Source of the DNA: an uncultured Lachnospiraceae bacterium
GTDB taxonomy: Bacteria; Bacillota; Clostridia; Lachnospirales; Lachnospiraceae
Assembly (NCBI GenBank): GCA_947178125.1
Contig: CAMWXB010000003.1
Span: 28,919-92,918, forward strand
DNA: 64,000 bases
Reading direction: 5' to 3'
The translations under genes were made by a program, and so were the position numbers. Under the pieces are notes generated by a model. It had not been told where the DNA came from. It was given only the letters and a program-made list of their open reading frames with translations, and searched no databases. Below are positions 51,958 through 61,660 of the stretch, in pieces. Positions within the stretch are counted from its first letter, which is position 1. The number at the start of each line of letters is the position of its first letter.

Positions 51958-53682
51958 ATGTGTGGAATATTAGGTGGAAATATAGCGAATTGGGATTATT
52001 CTTCAGGGATTAATGCGATTAAGCATAGAGGACCAGATGCGCAAAAAGTAATTGAATATGCGGAATGTACGTTGGCGTTTGCAAGATTATCCATAATGGA
52101 TCTATCTATGGCGGCAATGCAGCCAATGGAGTCTGAGGATGGGCAGGTTGTTATACTGTTTAATGGGGAAATATACGGATTTGAAGATATAAGGAATGCT
52201 TTGGCCTCAAAATATAAATTCAGAACTACGTCAGATACGGAAGTAATCCTATATGCATATATGGAATATGGTGATAAATTCGCAGACTACATAGATGGAA
52301 TGTTTGCAATTGTAATCTATGATAAGAGGAAAGCGGTACTGAAAATTTTCAGAGACAGATATGGAATTAAACCTTTATATTATTATTACCAGGATAGCAT
52401 GTTCGCTTTCGCTTCAGAGCTAAAAGCGTTTCAGGCTGCTGCCGTCCATAATTGGCAATGGAAAGTGGATAATACCGCTATTTATGATTATCTTTTTTGT
52501 GGTTATATTCCCGAGCCTAAAAGTTTATATGAGAATGTATACAGATTAGAACCTGCAAATTATTTGGTTTATGATTTGCGAAAGAAAAGGATTATAAAAA
52601 AAGAGCGTTATTGGAGGCTGCATGTAAATACAAATGCGCATGGAAAAAGGAATCGTAAATCTATCAGGGAAGATATTCGCTATTTAATAGCTCAATCTGT
52701 AAAGGAGCAAATGGTGGCAGATGTTAATGTGGGAACATATTTAAGTGGCGGAGTTGATTCCAGTATTATTACATATGAATGTAGTCAGGTGAACAAAAAT
52801 ATAGCGGCTTTTTCAATTGGTTTTCCAGTGAAGGCATATGACGAAACACCGTATGCGGAAATAGTAGCACAAAAACATTCTATTAATCATAAAGTCAAAT
52901 ATTTTGATAAAAATAATTATTCAGATATGAAAGGACTATTATATCAATTATACGATGAGCCTTATGCAGATACGTCTGCATATCCTACATATTTCCTTTC
53001 ACAATTTGCTAAAGAGGAGGTGACCGTAGTTCTAACGGGAGATGGAGGCGATGAACTCTTTGGCGGATATGAGACACATAAAAAATTTTGTGAGCAGGAA
53101 GGCCGATATCTACATGATAATTATAATTTTGAAAGATTTGTGAATAGTATTTTTTCAGGTCATGATATGGTTAGTTCAAAAATAAGAGATATTACACAAA
53201 CAAAGTTTACAACATATTGTAAAACATTTGGAAGATATGGCAAGGAGGCTTATGAAGAATTTAGAGAAATTTTAAAGATAGGCAAAGATTATAATACTCA
53301 ATGGTTTTTCCAGAAGTATTATGTAAAAGATTTACCCAGGATGACAAGGGTAAGATATTTGGACTTTAAAACATATCTGCCAAGTGATATCTTAACAAAG
53401 GTTGATAGGGCAAGCATGGCTGTTTCCTTAGAAGCAAGGGTTCCGCTTCTAAATAGAAGGTTAGTTGAATATGTTTTCGGATTGGCTGAAGATGAATGTA
53501 GTTCAATGAATAATTTAAAAGCGATATTAAAGGATGCATATCGTGATGTAATACCTTCTGAAATATTAGACAGGCATAAAAGTGGCTTTGCCGTTCCAAA
53601 AAATTATTTTACGCTTAGGTCAAATAGCGCTGATCTTGTTGTAGATATATGGAAAAAGGAATGGAAAGAAATAAAGGCCTGA
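51958..53682 (+). CDS. asparagine synthase (glutamine-hydrolysing)-family amidotransferase
   Basis: The MCGILGG N-terminal nucleophile Cys2, FNGEIYGF and the PP-loop YLSGGVDSSIIT. Confidence 0.9.
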   Translation: MCGILGGNIANWDYSSGINAIKHRGPDAQKVIEYAECTLAFARLSIMDLSMAAMQPMESEDGQVVILFNGEIYGFEDIRNALASKYKFRTTSDTEVILYAYMEYGDKFADYIDGMFAIVIYDKRKAVLKIFRDRYGIKPLYYYYQDSMFAFASELKAFQAAAVHNWQWKVDNTAIYDYLFCGYIPEPKSLYENVYRLEPANYLVYDLRKKRIIKKERYWRLHVNTNAHGKRNRKSIREDIRYLIAQSVKEQMVADVNVGTYLSGGVDSSIITYECSQVNKNIAAFSIGFPVKAYDETPYAEIVAQKHSINHKVKYFDKNNYSDMKGLLYQLYDEPYADTSAYPTYFLSQFAKEEVTVVLTGDGGDELFGGYETHKKFCEQEGRYLHDNYNFERFVNSIFSGHDMVSSKIRDITQTKFTTYCKTFGRYGKEAYEEFREILKIGKDYNTQWFFQKYYVKDLPRMTRVRYLDFKTYLPSDILTKVDRASMAVSLEARVPLLNRRLVEYVFGLAEDECSSMNNLKAILKDAYRDVIPSEILDRHKSGFAVPKNYFTLRSNSADLVVDIWKKEWKEIKA

Positions 53683-53708
53683 TATTATGGAATAGGAGAA
53701 TAAGGGGA

Positions 53709-54935
53709 ATGCATATTACATATTTAACAAATGAGTTTGTAACTGAAAAAAAACCTTATGCTGGTTTGGCGACTTATTTGGATAATATTACTACGATTAT
53801 GAAAAGTAAGGGCCATAAAGTGTCTATAATAATATTATCTGAAGAAGATAGAGAATTTTATTATAAGAATGCAATTAAGGTAATATGTGTTAAGGCTAAA
53901 AAGAATAATGCATCCTCATCCGATTTAGAAAGGGTTATGATTGTTTTAAAGAATTGCTGGCGGATATATTGTGAATTGAAAAAGCTAAATAAGAAAGAGA
54001 AAATAGATATAGTACAAGCAGCTAGTGGTCAAGCTGTTGGATTCTTTAGGAGTTATAAGATTCCTACGGTGGTAAGAGCTTCTTCTGATAATGCTTTTTT
54101 ACGCAATGCAGCTTTACCGGATTTTAGTTATGATAAAGCTATGGTGGAAAAAAATTGGGAAGATAAGATGGAGCTATATTGCATAAAACATGCAGATGGT
54201 GTGTTTGTTCCTAGCAGATGCTGTGCCAGGATTTTGAAAAAGCGTTCAGGAAGAACGCTCAATGTTATAGAATCTCCGTATCAGCACCAAGATATTCAAA
54301 TGGATTATAGCGTTTATGAAAAGCTGCTAAAGGACAAAAAGTATCTTTTATTTAACAGTTCGCTTTCATTATTAAAGGGAACACATTTAGGAATACGCGC
54401 AACAGAACAAATCATGGAAAAATATCCGGAATTGTATATGGTTTATGCAGGAATAGACCACGGATTTAGAGGCTCTAAACGAAGTATTGCGGATATATTG
54501 AAAGAGCAGAATAGAAAATATCAAGGAAGAGTAATTTATTTGAATAAATTGAGTCATGAGCAGCTTTTCCCTGTAGTAGAGCATGCACTTGCATGTGTTC
54601 TGCCATCCAGAATAGATAATTTACCTAATTCATGTATAGAGGCTATGGCATATGAGAAAGTTGTGATAGGAACATATGGTGCAAGCTTTGAGCAATTAAT
54701 TAAGAATAAAGACAATGGCCTGCTTATTCAAAGAGATTCGGTGAAGGCATTGATCAGAGCAGTTGATTATCTTATGAATTTAACTGATAAAGAGCGTATA
54801 GCGATGGGGAAAAAGGCAAAAGAAACAATCAGGCGATTGGCGCCTGATGAGATATATGACCAGCTTATAAGGTATTACGAAAACATTATAGAGGAATTTA
54901 ATTCGAAGACTTATTTAGAACGTTTATTTAAATAG
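53709..54935 (+). CDS. GT4-family glycosyltransferase
   Basis: MHITYLTNEF...GLATYLDNI, and C-terminus PSRIDNLPNSCIEAMAYEKVVIGT (E-x7-E region). An AAGGGG RBS is present. Confidence 0.8.
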   Translation: MHITYLTNEFVTEKKPYAGLATYLDNITTIMKSKGHKVSIIILSEEDREFYYKNAIKVICVKAKKNNASSSDLERVMIVLKNCWRIYCELKKLNKKEKIDIVQAASGQAVGFFRSYKIPTVVRASSDNAFLRNAALPDFSYDKAMVEKNWEDKMELYCIKHADGVFVPSRCCARILKKRSGRTLNVIESPYQHQDIQMDYSVYEKLLKDKKYLLFNSSLSLLKGTHLGIRATEQIMEKYPELYMVYAGIDHGFRGSKRSIADILKEQNRKYQGRVIYLNKLSHEQLFPVVEHALACVLPSRIDNLPNSCIEAMAYEKVVIGTYGASFEQLIKNKDNGLLIQRDSVKALIRAVDYLMNLTDKERIAMGKKAKETIRRLAPDEIYDQLIRYYENIIEEFNSKTYLERLFK

Positions 54936-54972
54936 AAAAATTATTAAAATAAGTATACGGAAAAGCGGGGAT

Positions 54973-55464
54973 ATGAATATGAAAAAGGGAATAGGAACAA
55001 TTTTATCAACTTTAACAGGTGCATTGGTCGGAAGTGCAGTAGGAGTAGCAGTTTATAAGCAGCAACAGAAAGAAAGCAAAAAATGGAAAAATATGTCAGA
55101 TAAGCATTTGGCGTTAATGTGCCTGTTTAACCAGTGGATGATAACGAAGCAGGAGGGAAAGTCTGTTGTAGATTATTTTCATAATAACGGAATAAAGAGT
55201 GTAGCAATTTATGGAATGAGTTATTTAGGTGAGAGACTGCTTGATGAATTGTTAACTTCAGATATTGAAGTAAAATATGCTATTGATAAAAATTCAATTA
55301 GTATATATGCGAAAGTTGATGTTATTTCACCGGATGAGAATATTCCTATGGTTGATGCTATTGTTGTAACACCTGTATTTTTTTACAATGAAATTGAGGA
55401 AATGTTGTCAGCCAAAACTGAATGTAAGATTATTTCTTTGGAAGATATATTATATGAAATATAA
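54973..55464 (+). CDS. small N-terminally anchored protein with a PglD_N-like module, paralog 1
   Basis: Hydrophobic N-terminus GIGTILSTLTGALVGSAVGVAVY, then MSDKHLAL...KQEGKS...VAIYGMSYLGERLLDEL...VKYAIDKN...VDAIVVTPVFF...IISLEDILYEI. It is paralogous to 58425-58901. Confidence 0.5.
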   Translation: MNMKKGIGTILSTLTGALVGSAVGVAVYKQQQKESKKWKNMSDKHLALMCLFNQWMITKQEGKSVVDYFHNNGIKSVAIYGMSYLGERLLDELLTSDIEVKYAIDKNSISIYAKVDVISPDENIPMVDAIVVTPVFFYNEIEEMLSAKTECKIISLEDILYEI

Positions 55465-55496
55465 ATCCTAGAGACTATTATGAAAGGAGTTAAATA

Positions 55497-56780
55497 ATGG
55501 AGCAGGCAGCAAAATATCTATTGAATATAGAAAGTTTAAATAAGTGTATACAAGAGGCAGAGAGCATTGTAATTTATGGCGCAGGTGATTTTGGCAAATG
55601 TTTGATTGATTATATGATATCTATAAAAGAAGAAAAGAAAATAATAGGAATTGTCGTGACCAAGAAGAGTACGGACTGCGAATATAAAGGCATAGAAATT
55701 CATGAGGCAGTGTCTTTTCTTCCGGAGTGTGGAGACTGTTATGTGCTGATTGCTGCTTCTTACATTTATAAGCAAGATATGGCGGAAGTTGTTAATTGTT
55801 ATAATAAGCGGTATCGTTATATTTCAGATGAGTTATATATGGATATGACCGTCGAAATGGATGAGAGAACATTAGTGTCATATAGCGGTGTGGATTTTTT
55901 GTGTGTTGGTTTTTTTAAGTGCGGAACTACCTCTTTATATAGTGCGTTAAAGCCAATAGATAGTGTATATTTATCCGTAGTAAAAGAGACTGGTTTTTTT
56001 CAATGGTGTGATGCTGTGAAAAATGCTAAGGAAATGCTGATTGATAAGGTTTTTAATAAAATTAGAGAAGGTCAGATAGTAGGAATGATAGAACCTTCAT
56101 TTGCGTATACCGCTCGAAAAGTATATGATTTTTTTGGCGATAAAGTGAAAATATTTTTTTTGGTTAGAAATCCTGTTAATGCTGCTTTTTCGGGATTTAA
56201 AATGAATAATCGGGAAGGTATGGCGGGAATGGAAGCGGCATATCAAAGAGAAGGAGGCAGATTTGATATAGGAATATTTGATGTGTGGTTTGAGCGAGGT
56301 ATACATGAAGAGACTCTACTTGATTGGGAATATGCACACTGGATTGAGCAATTTAGTGAGTTATATCCAAAAGAGCAGATTAAAATAGTTATCTTTGAGG
56401 AACTTATTCAAAATCCTCAAGTGATAGTAAATGATATTTTGAAATTTATTGGTGCTTCGGAAAAATACGAATTTGAAAAACTGCCGTTAGCAAATGAAGG
56501 CGATTTTGTAATGGCGGATATAGAGGGATATAAATTAGGGAAAACGTTACATGACTGGTATTCGGCAGAGTACGCTTTAAGTATGGAAGAAATCAGAAAT
56601 AGAAGATATGAAAATTATAGTGAATATACAAAATTAAAGGAAAAATATAAGAAAGCGGAAAAAATATACGGAGTTAAAATGACAGCAGAACAGAGAAGAA
56701 AAGTAGAAAAATATTATGATGGAAGTGTTAGAAAATTAGAGAGCTTTATTAGTAGGGATTTATCTGATTTGTGGTTTTAA
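55497..56780 (+). CDS. PglD_N-like module fused to a sulfotransferase domain
   Basis: N-terminus IVIYGAGDFGKCLIDYM. The sulfotransferase 5'-PSB is LCVGFFKCGTTSLYSAL and the 3'-PB is FFLVRNPVNAAFSGF. Confidence 0.65.
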   Translation: MEQAAKYLLNIESLNKCIQEAESIVIYGAGDFGKCLIDYMISIKEEKKIIGIVVTKKSTDCEYKGIEIHEAVSFLPECGDCYVLIAASYIYKQDMAEVVNCYNKRYRYISDELYMDMTVEMDERTLVSYSGVDFLCVGFFKCGTTSLYSALKPIDSVYLSVVKETGFFQWCDAVKNAKEMLIDKVFNKIREGQIVGMIEPSFAYTARKVYDFFGDKVKIFFLVRNPVNAAFSGFKMNNREGMAGMEAAYQREGGRFDIGIFDVWFERGIHEETLLDWEYAHWIEQFSELYPKEQIKIVIFEELIQNPQVIVNDILKFIGASEKYEFEKLPLANEGDFVMADIEGYKLGKTLHDWYSAEYALSMEEIRNRRYENYSEYTKLKEKYKKAEKIYGVKMTAEQRRKVEKYYDGSVRKLESFISRDLSDLWF

Positions 56781-56828
56781 TTCAAATTATAAAGGAAAGA
56801 GTATACAGATGAGAACGGGAGATATAAT

Positions 56829-58388
56829 TTGAAAATAGCATATTTTATGGATTATGGAAGAGGTTTTGGTGGAGCGTGTGCCACGTTGCTGCATCAAATT
56901 GTATTAATAAAGAAATTAGGACATAAGGTGATTGTTTTCTTTTCCAATTATTATGGCGAAGAGATGAGTGATGAATATCGGAAAATATGTTTAGATTTTG
57001 GCATTGAATATGAATGGGAAACATATCGGATCAGTTCGCAGCCTGAGGATATAAATATTATAAGTATTGACAAAAATTATGAATATCTCAGGGATGTAAT
57101 AGTGGAAAATAATCCTGATTTGCTTCATTCAGTACAGATAAACCCTCTCGTGGAATTAATAAGTAGAGAAATAAGGAAGCCTCATATTATGAATGTTTAT
57201 CCGTTGCTTCCTGATTTTTTCAGTTTGAAATATATGAATATATTTCCACATTACCATCTTTGTGATTCATGGTATTATGCGAAACTATGGAATCGATACT
57301 TAAATACGGATTCTATGTGTATTCGAACAATAGCATGTAGTGCGTTTAAAAAGAAAGATTTTAGTAAGAAAACGATTAATTTTATTTGTGTTGGCTCAAT
57401 TTATAAAAAGAAAAATCAATTATCTGTCATTAGAGCTTTTCATAAGGCGTTATTATGTGGCGTGGAAGGCAAACTTACTATATGTGGTTATGCTGTTGGA
57501 GAATATTGTAACGAATGTATGAAATATGTAGAGGATAATAAGTTGCAAAACAAAATTATCTTCAAAGGCTTTTGTACGGATATGGAAAATGAATATCTAC
57601 AGAATGAAGTTTTGATTTGTGGAAGCACAAGGGAATCATATCCTAATGCAGTATCTGAAGCAATGGCGAATGGACTTATAATTTTATCAACTCCGGTCGC
57701 TGGAGTTCCGGAAGTAATTGAAGATAGAAAAAATGGATATCTGACAAGGGATTATTCAGCGGATGCTATATATGAAAAAATAATTCAGATTATAAAGGAT
57801 ATTGAAAATAATAAAATAGAAGAAGTTCTTATTAATTCTCGAAATACTTTTTTGGAAAATCATGCCCCCAATACTGTATCGGAGCAATTAATTAAATATT
57901 ATCGATACGTTCTGGATGATTATAGAAAAGACAAAAAAAGTAAAGACAGCATAATAAAAATAGATGATTTTCGCGCATCTTTTCACGAAATTATCAGCAA
58001 ATTTAATGAGAATAGGGCGGAATTTACTTATTTAGAAGAGATATCCAATAAGTTATGGTATCTGTATTATATCACAGATATTGTTAGTGATATGAGTGTG
58101 CGGGGGAAAAAACTATATATATGGGGTACGGGGAAATATGGAATAATAGTGAAAGAAATGGTTTCAGTTTTTTTTCCGCAAATATCTATAGAAGGTTTTA
58201 TTGATTCTAAGAGATGTGTAGAGTTTTATGATTATATAATATATAATCCGGATGATATATTGAGTAAAAAGGATGTCATTATATTTATTGCGGCAGTGAA
58301 TGGACAAGGGGAAATGATAGAAAAACTCGAAGCGATGAATAAGCGTTTTAATAGGGACTATTTTATTTTATCCGCAAGAGCATGGTAG
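56829..58388 (+). CDS. GT4-family glycosyltransferase with a C-terminal PglD_N-like module
   Basis: TTG start with a GGGAG RBS (LKIAYFMDYGRGFGG). GSTRESYPNAVSEAMANGLIILSTPVAGVPEVI is the E-x7-E region. The C-terminus is LYIWGTGKYGIIVKEM...GFIDSK. Confidence 0.7.
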   Translation: MKIAYFMDYGRGFGGACATLLHQIVLIKKLGHKVIVFFSNYYGEEMSDEYRKICLDFGIEYEWETYRISSQPEDINIISIDKNYEYLRDVIVENNPDLLHSVQINPLVELISREIRKPHIMNVYPLLPDFFSLKYMNIFPHYHLCDSWYYAKLWNRYLNTDSMCIRTIACSAFKKKDFSKKTINFICVGSIYKKKNQLSVIRAFHKALLCGVEGKLTICGYAVGEYCNECMKYVEDNKLQNKIIFKGFCTDMENEYLQNEVLICGSTRESYPNAVSEAMANGLIILSTPVAGVPEVIEDRKNGYLTRDYSADAIYEKIIQIIKDIENNKIEEVLINSRNTFLENHAPNTVSEQLIKYYRYVLDDYRKDKKSKDSIIKIDDFRASFHEIISKFNENRAEFTYLEEISNKLWYLYYITDIVSDMSVRGKKLYIWGTGKYGIIVKEMVSVFFPQISIEGFIDSKRCVEFYDYIIYNPDDILSKKDVIIFIAAVNGQGEMIEKLEAMNKRFNRDYFILSARAW

Positions 58389-58424
58389 GATAAATAGTCA
58401 AATAAGGAAAGGGGTTTAACTTAT

Positions 58425-58901
58425 ATGAAAAAAGGAATGATTGCAACAATATCAACAGTATTAGGTGTAGCTGCAGGTGCAGTCGTTGTAAGTAAGGCAG
58501 CCAGTGAAACAACAAGTAAAACAAAGCAGATGTCAGACAAACATCTGGCCCTCTATCTGATGATGAACAGATGGGTAGAGATTAAGCAGGAAGGAAAGAG
58601 TCTGGTTGATTTTTTTATTAAGAATAATTATAGGACAATTGCTGTTTATGGAATGAGTTATACAGGGGAAAGACTGCTGAATGAATTGAAGGATAGTAAT
58701 ATTACCGTAAAATACGGAATTGATCAAAGGGCAGATGAAATATATACAGGAATTGATCTTATTACAATGGATGATGAGTTCCCGGAAGTTGATGCTGTTG
58801 TAGTGACGCCTATTTTCTTTTTTGATGAGATTCGAAATAAGGTGTCATATAAAATAGACTGTCCTATTATCTCTTTGGAAGATATCTTATATGAATTATA
58901 G
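58425..58901 (+). CDS. small N-terminally anchored protein with a PglD_N-like module, paralog 2
   Basis: MIATISTVLGVAAGAVVV, then MSDKHLAL...KQEGKS...IAVYGMSYTGERLLNEL...VKYGIDQR...VDAVVVTPIFF...IISLEDILYEL. Confidence 0.5.
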   Translation: MKKGMIATISTVLGVAAGAVVVSKAASETTSKTKQMSDKHLALYLMMNRWVEIKQEGKSLVDFFIKNNYRTIAVYGMSYTGERLLNELKDSNITVKYGIDQRADEIYTGIDLITMDDEFPEVDAVVVTPIFFFDEIRNKVSYKIDCPIISLEDILYEL

Positions 58902-58922
58902 ATTTGATGAAAAGAGGGTATT

Positions 58923-59630
58923 ATGGTTTCAATTATTACGGTCTGTTTTAACAGTGAGAAGACAATTAGGGATACGATAGAAAGTGTATTGAAACAGTCA
59001 TATGAGGAAATAGAATATATCATTGTTGATGGTGGTTCTACAGATGGGACAATTTCAATAATAGAGGAATATGTTCTTTTATTTAATGGACGATTGAGAT
59101 ATATAAGTGAAAAGGATACCGGTATTTATAATGCCATGAATAAAGGAATTAGAATGTCGAAAGGAAGCTTGATAGGAATTATTAACAGTGACGATTTTTA
59201 TGAGCCTGATGCTGTAGAAAAGGCAGTTTCCTGTATGACAGAGGATGATTGTCAGGTAATATATGGATACTTACGAGTAATAGAGAAAACCGGAACAGTT
59301 AGATATACTCGGGTGAAGCATACGTCCCTTTCTGAAAAAATGATATCGCACCCTACCTGTTTTGTTACAAGGGAAACTTACAAGAAGTATGGATTATTTT
59401 TAGAAAGGCTGAAGGTTTCGGCAGATTATGAGTTGATGTTACGCTTTTATAAAAGCAACGGGGTTGTTTTTCATCATTGTCCTTATGTTATGGCGAATTT
59501 TAGAGCGGGAGGAGCTTCTTATGGCATACGGTCGAAAATGGAGCATGAATTTTCAAGATTGATGCATGGGTGTGGAAGTATAAAGGAATTTATGCAGGCT
59601 TATTGGAACTTTTTATTAAAAACGAGGTAA
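58923..59630 (+). CDS. family 2 glycosyltransferase
   Basis: VSIITVCFNSEKTIRDTIESVLKQSYEEIEYIIVDGGSTDGT...INSDDFY. Confidence 0.85.
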   Translation: MVSIITVCFNSEKTIRDTIESVLKQSYEEIEYIIVDGGSTDGTISIIEEYVLLFNGRLRYISEKDTGIYNAMNKGIRMSKGSLIGIINSDDFYEPDAVEKAVSCMTEDDCQVIYGYLRVIEKTGTVRYTRVKHTSLSEKMISHPTCFVTRETYKKYGLFLERLKVSADYELMLRFYKSNGVVFHHCPYVMANFRAGGASYGIRSKMEHEFSRLMHGCGSIKEFMQAYWNFLLKTR

Positions 59631-59635
59631 AGAGT

Positions 59636-60550
59636 ATGGATAATCGGAAACTGCAAATTGGGAACGTTATTTTAGATTTATGTAAATATAGTGGCAATGA
59701 CCAATATTCAGATGGTGATATTGAAGATGATATATTAGAGGCTGTAAAGACGGGGAAAGATTTTGACAAATATATAAGTGACAGCAGCCGCTTTGAAGTG
59801 TTCTATCATCTTTCCAAGGAGCGTGAATTAATTGCACAGATAATGGATATATCAAAAGATGACACTGTTTTGGAAGTCGGTGCGGGCTGTGGGGCTGTTA
59901 CAGGTGCTTTGGCGGATAAAGGAAAGACTGTAGAATGTGTTGAACTGTCATACAGGCGTTCCATGATTAATGCGTATCGTCATCGCAATTATGATAATAT
60001 TTTAATAAATGTAGGAAATTATGAAGATATTCAATTCGAAAAGAAATATGATGCCATTACATTAATAGGCGTTTTGGAGTATGCTGGTTATTATATACAT
60101 ACTGCCAATCCATATGAAGATTTTCTGACGGACATAAGACAAAAAATGGCTGGTGATGGAGTATTATATATTGCAATAGAAAACCGTCTGGGGATCAAAT
60201 ATTTTGCCGGATGTAAGGAAGATCATTTGAATAAAGAATATGTGGGAATTGAGGGATATCCTGATGGTGCCCGGGTCAGAACTTTTTCATACTATGAACT
60301 GAAAGAATTATTTGAGAGATGCGGATTTTCGGAATATAAATTTTTTTATCCTTACCCGGATTATAAATTCCCGCATGCGGTCTATTCAGATGATTATTTG
60401 CCGCGCAGAGGTGATTTTAAAGAAATAGGAAGCAATTATACGTCATCACGAAGAAAAATATTTAATGAATCGCATATGCTTGACAGCTTGGTAATGAAAG
60501 ATGAATTTAAAATTTTTTCTAATTCATTTCTGATTGCATTAAAAAAATAG
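59636..60550 (+). CDS. class I SAM-dependent methyltransferase
   Basis: Motif I is VLEVGAGCGAVTGALADKGKTVECVELS, followed by DAITLIGVLEY. A GAGG RBS precedes the ATG at 59636. Confidence 0.75.
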   Translation: MDNRKLQIGNVILDLCKYSGNDQYSDGDIEDDILEAVKTGKDFDKYISDSSRFEVFYHLSKERELIAQIMDISKDDTVLEVGAGCGAVTGALADKGKTVECVELSYRRSMINAYRHRNYDNILINVGNYEDIQFEKKYDAITLIGVLEYAGYYIHTANPYEDFLTDIRQKMAGDGVLYIAIENRLGIKYFAGCKEDHLNKEYVGIEGYPDGARVRTFSYYELKELFERCGFSEYKFFYPYPDYKFPHAVYSDDYLPRRGDFKEIGSNYTSSRRKIFNESHMLDSLVMKDEFKIFSNSFLIALKK

Positions 60551-60560
60551 GATGGTAATT

Positions 60561-61649
60561 ATGAGAGTTTTATATTGTAAGTCAACAGAAAAAAGACAGC
60601 CTGAATTTCAGATATATACCTCTATTGTGGAAGAAAACGGCAGTAGGTATGCTGTTAAGGAGAGTGTATATAACTGTGGAAAGAAACATATCAGGCAGAT
60701 TGCAGATTATTATGAAACCCTAAGACAGATATATGGTGAGTGTATCGTTGATAATGATATGAAAGATGGCAGGATATATTTCCCATATGTAGAAGGAGGA
60801 ACATTCGGAGATTATCTACGAAGCTTGATATATGCAAATGAGTCTGATGAAAAAATCAGACTGGCATTGCAGGAGTGGAGAACGTTTCTACGGGGGAACG
60901 AAAGCAATTTAACAGTGTTTGAGGAGTCTGTGCAATTTAAAGAAATATTTGGAGATGCAGAAAGTCTGGTGGGAGATAAAGCTCTTCGCATTACTAATTT
61001 TGATTGTATTGCAGATAATATAATTCTTTCAGAAAATGGAAGAAAAGTAATAGATTATGAATGGGTTTACGATTTCCCAATACCCGAGGAATTTACATAC
61101 TACCGTGTTTTAAAGATGTTTTTCTTAGATAATTCCAAATTATTAAATTTTGCGCAGCTGCTTTCTTTAACCGATATCAATGGGGATAAGGTTCCTATCT
61201 ACGAAAAATTATTACAGAACTTTGATACATATATTAGCCTGGATCGAGACAGAAATGTTAATTATGCAGAATTAGGGAAAATATATAAAGTGAATAAAAT
61301 ATTGTCTAAAGATGCGGATAATGATGCCCAATATCAATTTCCATTTGAAAACATTGACACGCAAAGTAAGGTTATTTTGTATGGCGCTGGGGATGTTGGA
61401 AGCGATTATTATCGTTTTATTAACAAGACAGAATGTTGCAAACTGACGGCATGGATTGATAAAAAGCATGAGCAGTATCAAAGGCTTGGATTACAGGTGT
61501 ATGGCATTGAAAAAATAGCTGAAAGTGAGTACGATTATATTATAATTGCTATTTATAATGATGAAACGGCACATGTGATTTGTGATTCTTTAGTAAGTCT
61601 CGGAATTGCAAAAGAAAAAATTTTGTGGAAAAAACCACAATATATTTAG
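60561..61649 (+). CDS. hypothetical protein: possible kinase-like (APH/ChoK-fold) N-domain plus a C-terminal PglD_N-like module
   Basis: NFDCIADNIIL...VIDYEW loosely resembles the HxDxxxxN...D motif of the phosphotransferase enzyme family. The C-terminus is VILYGAGDVGSDYYRFI...AWIDKK. The call is weak. Confidence 0.3.
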   Translation: MRVLYCKSTEKRQPEFQIYTSIVEENGSRYAVKESVYNCGKKHIRQIADYYETLRQIYGECIVDNDMKDGRIYFPYVEGGTFGDYLRSLIYANESDEKIRLALQEWRTFLRGNESNLTVFEESVQFKEIFGDAESLVGDKALRITNFDCIADNIILSENGRKVIDYEWVYDFPIPEEFTYYRVLKMFFLDNSKLLNFAQLLSLTDINGDKVPIYEKLLQNFDTYISLDRDRNVNYAELGKIYKVNKILSKDADNDAQYQFPFENIDTQSKVILYGAGDVGSDYYRFINKTECCKLTAWIDKKHEQYQRLGLQVYGIEKIAESEYDYIIIAIYNDETAHVICDSLVSLGIAKEKILWKKPQYI

Positions 61650-61660
61650 TGAAGGCGAGG

